A DNA stretch of 63,810 nt, the filler included, from Lenisia limosa (lineage: Eukaryota; Protista; Breviatea): NCBI GenBank assembly GCA_001655205.1. It is 9 parts of 9 records of this genome, joined end to end, with 100 filler letters (N's around TTAATTAATTAA, not from the genome) between each part and the next. Parts side by side here need not be neighbours in the genome. Positions count along the whole stretch, not along the records: positions 18,052 to 44,700 come from LPNZ01008245.1; 8 more parts are not named here. The stretch is one strand, 5' to 3'. This document shows positions 29,864 to 42,465 of this stretch, piece after piece (position 1 is the stretch's first letter; each line of letters opens with the position of its first letter). The translations under genes and the position numbers were made by a program. Below the pieces are notes generated by a model. It saw only the letters and a list, made by a program, of their open reading frames with translations, searched no databases and was not told the origin of the DNA.

Positions 29864-32147
29864 ATGGTGAGAAGGGGAAAGTTCTACAATAATAACGCAA
29901 TTCATGCACAGTTTTTTTTTTATAAAAGTCATAATTTTACACTATAGACGCTCTACACTCTCTTTGAGTCATCTTCTGGATACGGTCTCTTTGAGGCTAA
30001 GGCTTTTGATGATGTCGCTACTCTCCAGACTGAGGTTCAAGAGTCCCTGGCCGACTTTGGCCGTCTTAGCAAGATCATTACGTACGCGAGGGGAATAGAC
30101 TTTTCATGTGAAAATGTTTTGCTCATGACCTTCTTCAGTTTGAAGGCTTTCGTCCCTTTCACGAGTGCTGAACTTGCTCTTGAGAATCAGAACTCAGTTG
30201 CTGAAGGTATAGCTTGGCGCGATATTCGTTTTTTGAGCAGTTAGTCCGTAATCTTCTTTCAAAAGCAAGCAATGCTTTACGGTACAGGTACTTGCCACAG
30301 CCTTCTCAAGGAGTTCCTCTTAAACAACCTTCCAAAGGTCAAGGATGGCAAGAAGGCCAAGTTCCATTTGGGTGTTTCCAACGCCGATTTCGCTGGTGCT
30401 ATTAAGGAGGTATGCGTCAAACGAGATAAATTCATGTTAATGTCAGAAAATACCTTGTTTATGACTTTCTGCTTTCCCTCCTGACGCCTTTTAGGCCACT
30501 TCAGCCCCCATGGAAGTCAACGATACCGTTAGTGAGATTCTTCGTGCTATTCGTATGCATTTCTCCAAGTACATCAAAGATCTCAAGGAGGCTGATCTCA
30601 ACCGTGCTTGGTGTGTGGGGTTGTTTCTGAAATTACTGGAATGTTTAGCATACAATAAAGTATGCCCGATGTGTCTCATGATCTTAGCCTTGGTCTTGCC
30701 CATGCCTACTCCCGCTGCAAGATCNNNNNNNNNNNNNNNNNNNNNNNNNNNNNNNNNNNNNNNNNNNNNNNNNNNNNNNNNNNNNNNNNNNNNNNNNNNN
30801 NNNNNNNNNNNNNNNNNNNNNNNNNNNNNNNNNNNNNNNNNNNNNNNNNNNNNNNNNNNNNNNNNNNNNNNNNNNNNNNNNNCCCGAGCTTGCTAAGATT
30901 GTTGTGGACAACTACATGTACTCTCAGGTTGCTCTTGCCATCAAGAACCGTGCTTCTCTCAATGACGAGGTTGGTTGACCTTGTCTACTGCCTGGCTCAT
31001 CTTTATAGTCCGTTGACGCTATCGAGAAGATTGTCCTCGACAAGGACCTCGCCAAACAGATCATCGACGCTGCCAAGAACTCCATGGGTTCTGACGTTTC
31101 CGATATCGACATCCAACAGATCTCCATGTTCCTCGAGCGCGTTTCCAAGCTCGCTGAGTACAGACAGAAGCTCCATCTCTACCTCCAGGTGGGTCTCTAA
31201 ATAAGCTGCTGCCACCACCTTTGTCAACAGATTAACGCAAATAGTACCTTTATGCTATTATTCTTCATCGAAATTTCCTTTATTTACCCCCCCCCCCTAG
31301 GACAAGATGAACATCTGCGCTCCCAACCTTGGTGCTCTCGTCGGAGAAATTGTCGGTGCTCGCCTCATCAGCCACGCCGGTTCTCTGACCACTCTTGCCA
31401 AGTACCCCGCCTCTACCGTTCAGGTAAGCTTGCCCTCTTTTGGCTTACTTCTTTTCTCACATGTCTTTTTCCATGGATTCTTATGTATTAGATCCTTGGT
31501 GCCGAGAAGGCACTCTTCAGAGCCCTCAAGACCCGTGGAAACACTCCCAAGTACGGTCTTATCTACCACTCAAGGTTCGCACAGGTGGAAGTATCCTTTT
31601 ATCATGAACTATTGCTTTACACCTTGTCCGTTTCCACTTTTCTTCCGCTCACATTTCCAGCTTCATTGGCCGTGCCAAGACTAAGGACAAGGGCCGTATT
31701 TCTCGCTACCTCGCGAACCAGGTATGATCTTTTCTGATCAATGTTATTTTATTTGATGACTTTGGCCTTACTTCTGTAGTGCTCCAAGGCTTCCAGAATA
31801 GATGTCTTTTCTGATACTCCCACCGCCAAGTACGGAGAGATGCTCAAGTCCCAAGTTGAGGAACGTTTGAACTTCTACGAGTCCGGCTCCGTCCCCACTA
31901 AGAACGTTGACGCTATGAAGAAGGTCAAGGACAGCCTTGAGGGTATGTCACCGAATAGTTTCATCCTCTCAAAATGCTGACTTACCCTTTAGTTCCTGCT
32001 GAAAAGACTGAGAAGAAGGAGAAGAAAGAAAAGAAGGAGAAGAAGGAGAAGAAAGACAAATCAGAGAAGAAGGACAAATCCGAGAAGAAGAGCAAGAAGG
32101 AGAAGAAGGAGAAGAAAGACAAGAAGTCTAAGGTGAAGAAGGACTAA
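29864..32147 (+). CDS. NOP56: Nucleolar protein 56 (box C/D snoRNP core)
   Basis: ATG-only first exon, then [110 protein letters not shown] and EERLNFYE, with a KKE-rich tail ending in TAA at 32147. Confidence 0.97.
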
Positions 32148-32485
32148 GAAGCTCCCCAATATCTTCTTGTGTGCACGCGTTTCTAGAGTCTAGCGGTTTT
32201 TTATTCTAAATACAATGGTCATCCATCATTAAATAAAACCCAGTAAAAACCTGATGAAGAGAGGGGGGGGGGGAGTGAAGAAATGAGAGGNNNNNNNNNN
32301 NNNNNNNNNNNNNNNNNNNNNNNTTAGTAAAGTTTGGACCAACAATTAAACAAACGACACCCCTAGAAAGCTATAAAATAAATAAAGATAAACTCTTATT
32401 GGACTCAGGCAGTTCAGGCATCAAACAGTTTTTTTAGTGAAAAGAGTGAACTGACTTTTTGAACGATTCTCCCTTGTATTAAATA

Positions 32486-35400
32486 ATGGCTAGAGCCAAG
32501 AAGAAAATGAAGGGGTCAGCGACCATCAACTTCGAGCCAGAGGTTGACCCCAATGTCGCTGACGAAGGCAAGACTGAATCTGAGCGAATAGATGTTTGTA
32601 AATTGAGAAGATTGGTTGTTTTCTAACAAATGTTTAGGATGAACGTGCCTTGCGTAAAGCTCAAGCCCAACAGAAAATTGAAGAGGAGGAAAAAAAGCGC
32701 GAAGAAAAGCGCAGACAACAAATTCAGGTATTTACAAGTGTTGCAGAAGGAAGGTTCCGTTGTTGACTCAATATCTGATACTTTAAGTTCCTTTCTGCCC
32801 CCCTCTCACCCCCTTAGCAACGGTTCCAAGATGAAGAACGCTATTCTAAAATTAATATGCCGAAAATTATGAACAANNNNNNNNNNNNNNNNNNNNNNNN
32901 NNNNNNNNNNNNNNNNNNNNNNNNNNNNNNNNNNNNNNNNNNNNNNNNNNNNNNNNNNNNNNNNNNNNNNNNNNNGAAGTGTTATCACAATCACATGAGC
33001 GCGAAGTTGACCGAAAAGATGCCATTGTGTCCACTTTGGACAGGGATGTTGAGGAGAGTGATGAGCAGTATCAGGTTAGTTCTGAGGGCGCAGGAGCCCG
33101 TAACTTCAGCACTAAGCTGTATTCAGCTCATTTTGTACTTAGCAATATATTTTAGCAAAACCCCTTTTTTGTACTTAGCTAAATCCTGCTCGGGAGGTGG
33201 ATTTAGCTTACTACTTTCTTTCTTTCTTCATCTAAGAGGCTTTCACCTAACTTTCTCTCTTAATACAAAGCTTACATATAGTACGAAACGTTTTAATATA
33301 GCGTCAGGCTTGTATTTAGCTCCAAAAACACCCAAAAATAGCTAAGTACACACAGAATGAGCTCAATACAACCAAGTGCTGAATTGTTACAGGCCCCGGT
33401 GTCTTTGGGTTCACTGTCACTGCTTCCCCTACCATAACATTCATCATTGACTCAACAGGTTTCTCTTCGAGCCCATTTACATAACATGCAAGCACTGATA
33501 GATCTTCACAACACGGTAAGGAAGTCCTTCGTTGGAGGCGAAGCGCAGATGATAAATTCGTCATATACTTACAATCTAGCGTTTGTCTGAGGCAGATATT
33601 CGTTTTGAGGCCAAGTTAGCAGATTTGCTAAGCGAGTTTCAAATGGAAGGGTAAGCCTAACTCTTTTTCTAGTGTTTTTTCTTGTTATGCTATTGCATTG
33701 AATCACTGGGTGGTCAAACACCGGGGAGTTGCATGTCTTAACTATACAGTGCCAAAATTGAATCACAACACAACGCTGATAAAGAGGAGCTTGAAAACAT
33801 TATGGGTAAGAAACACAGAGATACTCATCAGTACTATTTGACCAGCAATAACGTAATAGCGGCCATGGAAGACGCGTTCACGCGGCAGGAAGGCGATGCG
33901 CGCCAAGACTTCACCACTTTGAGAGATGAGGTGGGCCATAAAATACAGCCACCTCCATGGGCAGACCCGCGTCCTGTTTCTCATACTCCAGATCAAGAAC
34001 AAGAACAGCGAAGAGTTTTCAGCCCTTCGCATTACCCTTGAGGGGCAGATTGATGACCTTGAACGGCATTTTGAAAACGCCCACCAGGTATACCACGGAT
34101 TTCCATGAACCATAAATTGCTCATTTTACCGCTGCTCAGTGAGCCTCATAATTTTTCGCTTTTGTTAGTTGTTTTACCTTTATGATTCATAATTTATTGA
34201 AAGAAAAACATAATCTTTGTTATTATGTTTAATACAAGATCACACACAAGTTTGCGTTTTTACAGAAACTGGTCTGAGCTTTGTTTGTTTGGGGTGGGAT
34301 TCTTCAAAGGCTGGCTTGGGCTTTGGTTTTGTGTTTTTTTGTTTTTGTCATCTGGCTTTTGTCTAGTTTTAGCCTTGGTTGCTTGTGTTTGTTATTGCTT
34401 GTTTTTTTTTGTTTTTTTTTGTTGTTTGTTTTTTGTTTTGTTTTTTGTTTGTTTGGAGTTTCAGATTATTCGGTTCGTGATTAGTACCTTTACGCAAATA
34501 TTCTTCATCTAAATTTCCTTCGTTTTACCCCCCCCCCCTAGTCCTATGTGGCAAATACTGAGCAACGTACTCAGACATTCCGCGTATTGACAGCAAAAGA
34601 CCAGCAGGCAGCCAAAACGATTGAGGCCCAACTCAGAAGGCTACATCGCCTCCAGGAGTCCATTCAGCACTGGAAGACTAAAATGACTAATAATGTTCGC
34701 GAGTGTAAGGATCGCAACATGGCACTGAAGGAGGAGAAAGATGCTATTTCGGCTCATTTCCAGGAGCTCAAGGGAAGAATGTCTAAGTTTAGACAGGTAT
34801 GTTTCAACAATAGCTGATTTAGTTACACTATAGGGCCAATCTCGTCGTTTAACAGAAATGACGGTGAACTCAAATGCTGCTATCGACTCACTTCAGGATA
34901 AACTTGTTGTGGTGAGTTTGGGCGAATGCACACAAAAGGAACAATGGGGAAGGAAGCTCTCTCTCTCTGATAAATGTTACATGCCCGTATAGTTTATTCG
35001 ATGGATTGAATGATTTCAGGCTGAGCGTATATTGAAACTTGGAGAATTATGTCGAAAACTGGAGACTGAACAAGAAAAGGTGCTTCCATTTGAGTCCACT
35101 GAAGACTCCCCTATTCAGGAACATGCGGTACGCCGTTACATTGATTGATATTTTGGACATCATATGAATCACACCGCTTCATAACATTGATATAAATGAC
35201 CCATGTAGACACTTGTTCTCAAGGACACACTCCCAGGTATTGCAGACATGGCAGCTTTGGACAACTTCTTTGCCAGGGAAAACAAGGTTTGGGGATTCAA
35301 TGCTCAGTTCCACAATCTCGGTTATAAATTTGGTGCATTTTGGAGAAGGCTAGAGATTGAGTGGCTTGCCTTATGCACGCACCAACCTGATAGAGAAGCT

Positions 35401-35860
35401 AACGCAGTAGGCACTTATTGACAAACTCGTTCTTGAGAGAGAGCGTGCCGCTTTGGAGGCCGAAAACCGTGACCTCAAGCAGCTGGTGCAGGTATGGCTG
35501 CTATGTTTATTCCAGCACCTTTGTTGATATCACGTAATCTTTCCTCTATAATACTGACCGACCCCCTCTAGGCCTATTTGGATGGAGTGACCGTGACGCC
35601 AGATGCAGTGGATGGGGATAATTCCTTGCTTATTGTCAACGGCCGCACAAATGCACCAATCTACCGAGTGAGTTGGGTGCATCTACCACAAATGCTGATT
35701 CATTTTTTGTCTTTGTTGTACTGTGTTATATTGGTGTTATAAACGTATTAACTAAGACCAGTTACCCAATTCTGGGCTTATGGTTTTGACTGTTCAGAAT
35801 GCGGACATGGTTGAGACAACAACAGGTAGTGCAAGAGTACGGTCGCGGCAAAGGAACTAA
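32486..35860 (+). CDS. DRC2: Dynein regulatory complex subunit 2 (CCDC65/FAP250)
   Basis: Coiled-coil exons: [114 protein letters not shown] and [17 protein letters not shown]. These match recalled Chlamydomonas DRC2 motifs. Confidence 0.88.
33093..33397. mobile_element. ~305-bp element with ~55-bp imperfect TIRs in a DRC2 intron
   Basis: Left end GGAGCCCGTAACTTCAGCACTAAGCTGTATTCAGCTCATTTTGTACTTAGC. Reverse complement of the right end: GGGGCCTGTAACAATTCAGCACTTGGTTGTATTGAGCTCATTCTGTGTGTACTTAGC. Confidence 0.7.
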
Positions 35861-35999
35861 GTTGTAATGTTTTTTGTTTTTTTTGTATTCTCTCTGATTT
35901 TGTATGTTATCGTGTAATATATTGTTCTATATTCTGATTTTATAAGTAAAGGAGCAGAAGGGAAGAGTATAGGGGCCAATTCAGAGCCAACGAACCAGA

Positions 36000-38900
36000 A
36001 TGGGTCTTCTTACCCTTTCTGAGTTCAATGAGCGTGTGTTTGGACGTTTTTTCTTTAAGCTAGGACGCTTCAATGCCAGTATGTCGCAAATTGAATCTTT
36101 TTATATTATTCTTTAGATAATCCTTGCCTTGTTGTCTTCCTTTCGCTGATGGTTTTTTGCTACCTAGCCGGAGGACTCCTTAAAATGGAGGACAACAAGG
36201 TTATTGAGCCTGATGATCTCTGGGGACCAAAAGGTGAGCGCTCTTTTGCTGATTGTTATGACTATTAATAGGGTATTTTTAATACAATTACTTTAAAACA
36301 GTGATATCAAGCTTTGTATTTACTTTTCNNNNNNNNNNNNNNNNNNNNNNNNNNNNNNNNNNNNNNNNNNNNNNNNNNNNNNNNNNNNNNNNNNNNNNNN
36401 NNNNNNNNNNNNNNNNNNNNNNNNNNNNNNNNNNNNNNNNNNNNNNNNNNNNNNNNNNNNNNNNNNNNNNNNNNNNNNNNNNNNNNNNNNNNNNNNNNNN
36501 NNNNNCTCGAATACCTCGACGCCACGTTTGCCATCGACATGAAAGTGCGGCAAATCGAAGTTGTTGTTGATGACAAGGTGAGATGGAAAGACAACTATCC
36601 GACCCGAGGCCGAGGCCAACTGTCCGCCGGGTTGTTGACAACTCGCCGGCTCAGACCCGCGGCTTGTGTCGTTTCTGTCGCTGGCGGGTCTTTGTTTTTT
36701 GCTACTTTTCTAACTACAAGAAGGTCTTTTTATTGGGAGGCATGTAAATCCCTTTGATATATTTCATTTTGGGGTAATCTTAATACTAATTTGTTGTGTG
36801 ATTTTTCAACCCTAACCCCATTTACCGAGCCTTTTGTTCATAATTGGGCCGCTTTCAATGTGTGAAGGGTAAAATGACGTTTATTTTGATATTTTGAGCT
36901 TTTTTTTTAGTTTCATGCAAGCCTTTTGTTCGTTTTCTAATGTGTTTTTAATATAATTTATTGTCAAATATTTATATTTTTCCTTCAGTTACCCCCCCCC
37001 CTCCCCAGACCTACACACATGAGGATCTGTGTGCACGTTCGTCAGAAGACTCGGATTGTCTTGTGGCGTCACCTTGGGCCTACGTGTCGTACAACACCAC
37101 ATGCTTGCATGTTCCCGGGTCCTGCACCTTCCCCACCATCCAAGCGGTCATGTCATACGTCAATACCGCCCAAGAAAACCCGCTTTGCTTTGGGACAGAG
37201 TGTGTTCTTAACTCGCGTTTCGTTGCTGGAAATCAGGTATGGGCTTATTGGAGAAACGAATGCGTCTGTTGCTCTGATCTAAATATTATAAGAGTAACAC
37301 CCGTTCATAACCAAAATATACTGCTACCCATTGTGACCTTTTCCCCCTCCAGAAAACTAATGATGCCGGCGCGGTGGTCTCAGCACAAGCGCTCCTTACT
37401 ACTTTCTTCATGAAGTTGGGGGGGGGGGTACTCTGTTATTCTGTGCTTTTGTTCTCTCATACAGTGTTTCCTAACGATTTTTCTCCAAGTTACAACGTAG
37501 GAATGAAAAAAGCTTGGAGTCAGCTACAAAGGAATGGATGCTGAAATACAACGACGTACTCAATTCTGAAGAAACTCAGAAAATGGTGGGACATTGTATG
37601 TTTGAGTTCTAATTGACAGTAAAACATTCCAGTTTATTGCACTCCCTACAAATTGACAGCCTAGATTCCAGCAGGAGCAGAGCTGAAGTACTATTCGTCT
37701 GAATCTACTGGTTCTGAACTTGAAATTGCACTCCAAAGCTCCCAAACATTGATACCAATCTCGTAGGTCCTAATTTATTTTCCCGTCTTATTAACTGTAT
37801 GCTCTATGGGATGAACTGGACCCTCATTTTACGTGTAACCCTGTAGAATCCTCCTCACCTTCATTTTCCTGGTCTTTTCTCTGAGTCAAAAGTGTAACGG
37901 CATTGAAAGTGGCATGATGCTAAGTGTTGTCGCTCTTTTCTGCATTCTCCTTGCTGTCGCGTCAGGTGTGTTGGACTGTAACCTCCTTTTTTTTGTTCCG
38001 GCTGTAACCCTTTTTCTTCATCTTCTGGCTTGTTAATTCTTGAAGGTATTGGAGTTGCCATGATCCTTGGAGTATGGTACACTTCTATCACATCTACAGT
38101 CTTCTTTCTCTCTATGGGTATTGGTGAGCGGGAATTGTGGAGTGTTTCCCCTTCTTGTGCCGTTTGAAGTTGTTTTATTTCCAATGAAAGGGTTTTTGTC
38201 TTACCATCACAGGTATGGCCAACACGATCCTTATGTACTCCACGTGGAATGAAATTGCCCCAACCGCAACAGGTTCGCGCAAAGTGTATTTTCCATCGTA
38301 ACTTGGTCTTTGTCTGTTGACAATGCGTGCTCATCATGTACAGTCCTCCTTCCCTTTGCAGTTTTTCTGACTCCTTAGACGTTGTCGATCTCAATAGTCG
38401 CGCCATGGAAAGAGTAGGAGTCTTCATTACCCTGACAACAGCAACAACGTAAGCCGCTGTGTCTCCATTTGCATTGTATAAGTGCCACCTTTTCAAGAGT
38501 CCTTCACCCCTTTGACACCGTTCAGTTGCCTTGCGTTTATTGCCGGTGCTAATACAGTGTTCCCTGCAGTGCAAAACTTCTGTCTCAGTGCCGCCCCGGT
38601 TATGTTCTTCAGGTTGGCGAGGATATTTTCACACATTTTTTTTACAAGGCGCTTACTTGCTTTAGTTATTGCCTGACCTTGACTTGTTTCGATGCTGTAT
38701 TAGTCCTGAATCATAAGAGAATTGCGGTAGGCAAACGGACGCTGTGATATCATATTTGACTCTGTGGCATCTCACTCTCCACAGGCCCGCAAGGCCGACT
38801 GTCTTTGCTGTGTCACGTGCGGCTCTCCAGCGGCTGTGGCGCATCCAGAGTGGGATGCGATGATGATCAAAGGACTGGACTGGCTTTTCTTACCTTTCAG

Positions 38901-41610
38901 AGTTTCAGAATTGGCTACAGTTCCAGATGCGAATGAGACGCCAGAGAAACCAGAAAAGGTTGGTTCAATGGGTGAAAAGTTTTGGCAACCAGTTATGTGA
39001 TGGATGACCCTTTCAGAAGAAGCGACTGACATATCGAATTGCTTCAATACTCATGCTGAAGCCCATTCGTATCCTCCTGGTCGGTTGGGACTCTTTGTAC
39101 CCTCACTCTCTTTCCTTTTTGCAATTTATACAGAATAGCTAATGTTCTCAGATTCTTCTGTTCTTGATTTTCCTCGGCGTGAGCCTCTACCTTGTTTTTG
39201 TCAAGCTGGAGGAGGGGCTGAGTACTGAAGAAATTGTACCAGATGGGTAAGTGGGGATTGTTAGGAATTCAATTTAGTCAAAGAGTTGACAATTATCAAT
39301 AAATCCTCTCTGGAATAGTATGCTGTGATTTTTGAGACTGATTCAGACGGTTTTGATTGAACTGACGACTTTAGCTCTTACGTCTCCGAATTTTCCGACC
39401 TTATTGGACAATACTTCTCTGATTTGGGTGTTTTGGTATGCTTGGACCTGTGTTATATTCATGTTTTCTGTTTCCATGCTGTCATGTGAACACAATGACC
39501 TTATGCTCTCACTCCCATATTGTACAGGCTCTGACATTATTAGGTTGCTGTTGTCACCAAGGACATTGATTACTACAAGCTCTACAAAACTAAGATTCAG
39601 GAGCTCACCAATGACCTAAAGGCTGGTGAGAGGGCGGAAACAATGACCTAAAGGCTGGTGAGAGGGTTCCCAGAACCATTGATGATAATTGCTCCTGTCA
39701 TTCATGCTTTCAGGAAAGTTTACTGCAGATCAGTTCTACCTGTCTAGTGTCTGGAAGGAGATGGTTGCGTTCGAGAACTACCTCACAGGACTCGGTAGGT
39801 GATGTTCAAGGCTGCCTCTCTTGTTACAGGACGCAATTTATTCTTTAGCTCTCTACGACGAGGCTCTGGACACTGACACTCTCTTCTATGCTCGGTTGAA
39901 GCAGCTCCTTGAACTGGTATGTGTATGGGCCAAATTAATTCATTGACAAAAACTTCATCATGTTCCAAAATGATAAAATATCATTAAGGACATCACTACA
40001 TCACATTGGCTTATGAAATTCTAATTTTATGTAAACCTGAAGAAAATTATGGGATTCCCTAATACCCACTTATGCGCCGTAGTAACATATCATAAAATTT
40101 ATTGTGATATGTTACTACGGCGCATAAGTGGGTATTAGGGGAGCTTTAGTGGTAATAAAAGCCCTCGTATGATTCCTTGGCTTCCTTGCCCCAAATTGAC
40201 CCCTGTAGAATCCTGGACTGAAGAAGAGTGTTGTTTGGAACGCTGATGAGTCCCGCTTGGCCTATGCCAAAATCGAATATCGCCATATGGCCACGTCATC
40301 ATCCACCCAGGTTAGTGGACTGTTGCCTTGGTGCTGGGATGATGGTCGGAATATCATAGTATATTTCACCGGGTCTAGTCTCCTCTTGTCTTCATAAATG
40401 CGTTTCTTACTCTATTAGGAAACAGATGCCATGGTTGAAGCCCGTGAGATTGTCGATTCCTACGATTCAACCCTCAGTGATCCTTTCGCCTATTCGGATA
40501 AGTACAGTTTGAGGGGATGAAGGAATGGCAAGTCAGATGAGATACACTAAGCTTGACCAAATGAAATTTCCTTACCGCTTAGTTTACACTGAGATGTATC
40601 TGCTGATCATTGAGGAAGCCGTTTCCAACCTCGTTCTTTCTGCCAGTGAGCCTCGCCTGGACTCTTCTTTTCGTTTATTTACACCATGGCACATGATACT
40701 CCTCTCCTCATTCTAACGCTGCAGTCTGTGTCCTGTTCGTGTTTATGATGTTCATCCACCCTGGCGTGTCAATCATGGTTGTTTTCATTGTTGGTATGAT
40801 TGACATTGGTATGCAGGGGGTTTGACACAAGATCAATGACATGGCTGAACATGACGTTGTCCTTTTCTTCACTTNNNNNNNNNNNNNNNNNNNNNNNNNN
40901 NNNNNNNNNNNNNNNNNNNNNNNNNNNNNNNNNNNNNNNNNNNNNNNNNNNNNNNNNNNNNNNNNNNNNNNNNNNNNNNNNNNNNNNNNNNNNNNNNNNN
41001 NNNNNNNNNNNNNNNNNNNNNNNNNNNNNNNGGGTGGAGAGAGCCGTCCAGGCCATCGATGAGATGGCTATTCCGATCATCGGAGGCGCTGTCGCCACGT
41101 TCCTTGGCGTGCTGATGCTTGCCTTCGCCAACAACGCACTTACAAGGTAGGGTGACTAGGCTTCTTTCGTTATGGCGGCTTATTTACTGAAGGTGTTATT
41201 TTCCCCCATAGCATAGTGACCCCCCTTCCCCCCAGGATTTTCTTCCAAATGGTATCAGGAACTGTGCTGATCGGCGTTTTGCATGGTATCCTTTTCCTGC
41301 CCTGTGTGTTGTCCTTTGTCGGGCCGCTCCAGACTGTACACGACTCATCATCTGCTATGACGCCTTCGCTGAAACAGCAACAATGTGGGCGTTCTGACTC
41401 AAGGCACACTAAAAAGCCTGTTTGAATCTTTTTATTTCACAAAGGACTAAGGTGAAAGTCATGGATGCAGTATCCCCATCATTTCTCTTCTTCTTCCGTA
41501 ACATTCCAGCCAAGGCACCTCCTCCAGCCATTTCAATGGAGACTATCGACAGCAATGGGAGAGTTCAGACCCCGGAGCCAATCACTCCCGAGAGTCAGGA
41601 TCAGGCGTGA
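36000..41610 (+). CDS. Patched-related / NPC1-like sterol-sensing-domain RND membrane protein, without an NPC1 N-terminal domain
   Basis: Start: MGLLTLSEFNERVFGRFFFKLGRFNA|DNPCLVVFLSLMVFCYLAGG..PDDLWGPK. SSD exons: GIGVAMILGVWYTSITSTVFFLSMGIG, AMERVGVFITLTTATT and CLAFIAGANTVFPAVQNFC. Second half: KLEEGLSTEEIVPDG, RAVQAIDEMAIPIIGGAVATFLGVLMLAFA and IFFQMVSGTVLIGVLHGILFLPCVLSFVGP. Confidence 0.88.
40057..40140. repeat. Perfect 36-bp inverted repeat with a 12-nt loop (foldback), intronic
   Basis: 40057-40092 (CCCTAATACCCACTTATGCGCCGTAGTAACATATCA) is the exact reverse complement of 40105-40140. Confidence 0.95.
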
Positions 41611-42465
41611 GTCGACGACGTTAGAGGTCTATAAGGTTTTTTAGTTTTCTTGTTCAATCTCAAGGTTGTTGTGGGACCCCCGTTTCTTATTTCTGTTTAT
41701 AATATTCAATGTATAAATCATAGTCATTCAAAGGATTCTGTTTACGGAAGTCTAATCTTAGTCTGATGGGGCAGCTATAAAGACTATTGCTTCATCCGGG
41801 GTAAACTCCCCAGGATTTGCATGATTTGTCGGCGGAAGGTGGAGTGTGAAAAGGCGGAAGGCGGAGTTAATATTGTGATTTTTGACACCTCAGGTTTTTT
41901 TGAAAAAGAAATTTGTCTTGTACCGACCAGCCACATACACTGTTATTACGTTCGTTATTATTGCGTTATTAATTGTCTATTTACGACGGGCCACAGTTCC
42001 TGTTCGGGAGGGTTGGTTTTCGCTGTTTTGGCTGTATTCAGTGTCCCACAATTGATATTCAATTTAACAGTGACGGGTGAGGCCCAACTTTTATTGAGAT
42101 GGAGACCACGCGCCATGCGCCATATGCCTGCCGCCCTCGCACCCGCGGCTCGGATAAACTGGTGTAACAACTTTTCCTTCAGGTTTCCTTTGGGTTTCCT
42201 TTGTGATATTCATTAGCAGATTAGAGCACAACTCCATAAGTCCATAAGTATATAAGGAGACCCATTTGGTGCCAATCTATCGCTTAGACTCGACTGTCCT
42301 TCACCTTTAATCATTACAAGGCACCTTCAACTGCTCTTGTAAGCGGAACACAGTGTTAAATAAGTAAATAAATAAATAAAACATATTTTGCATCATTTTC
42401 AGCATTTTTCACAAGACGATTTTTTAGTTCATCGACCTTCCGCGCTTCTTCAGGAGTGTTGCCCA

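Noticed and set aside
29867-31991. Intronic box C/D snoRNAs in NOP56, as in vertebrates
   Set aside because: The introns are short. The only TGATGA (31750s) is not followed by a CTGA D box, and the CTGAC motifs near acceptors are better explained as branch points. The N gap at 30725-30882 could not be examined.
31990-32147. GAGAAGAAG low-complexity repeat
   Set aside because: This is the normal KKE/D-rich C-terminal tail of Nop56 proteins.
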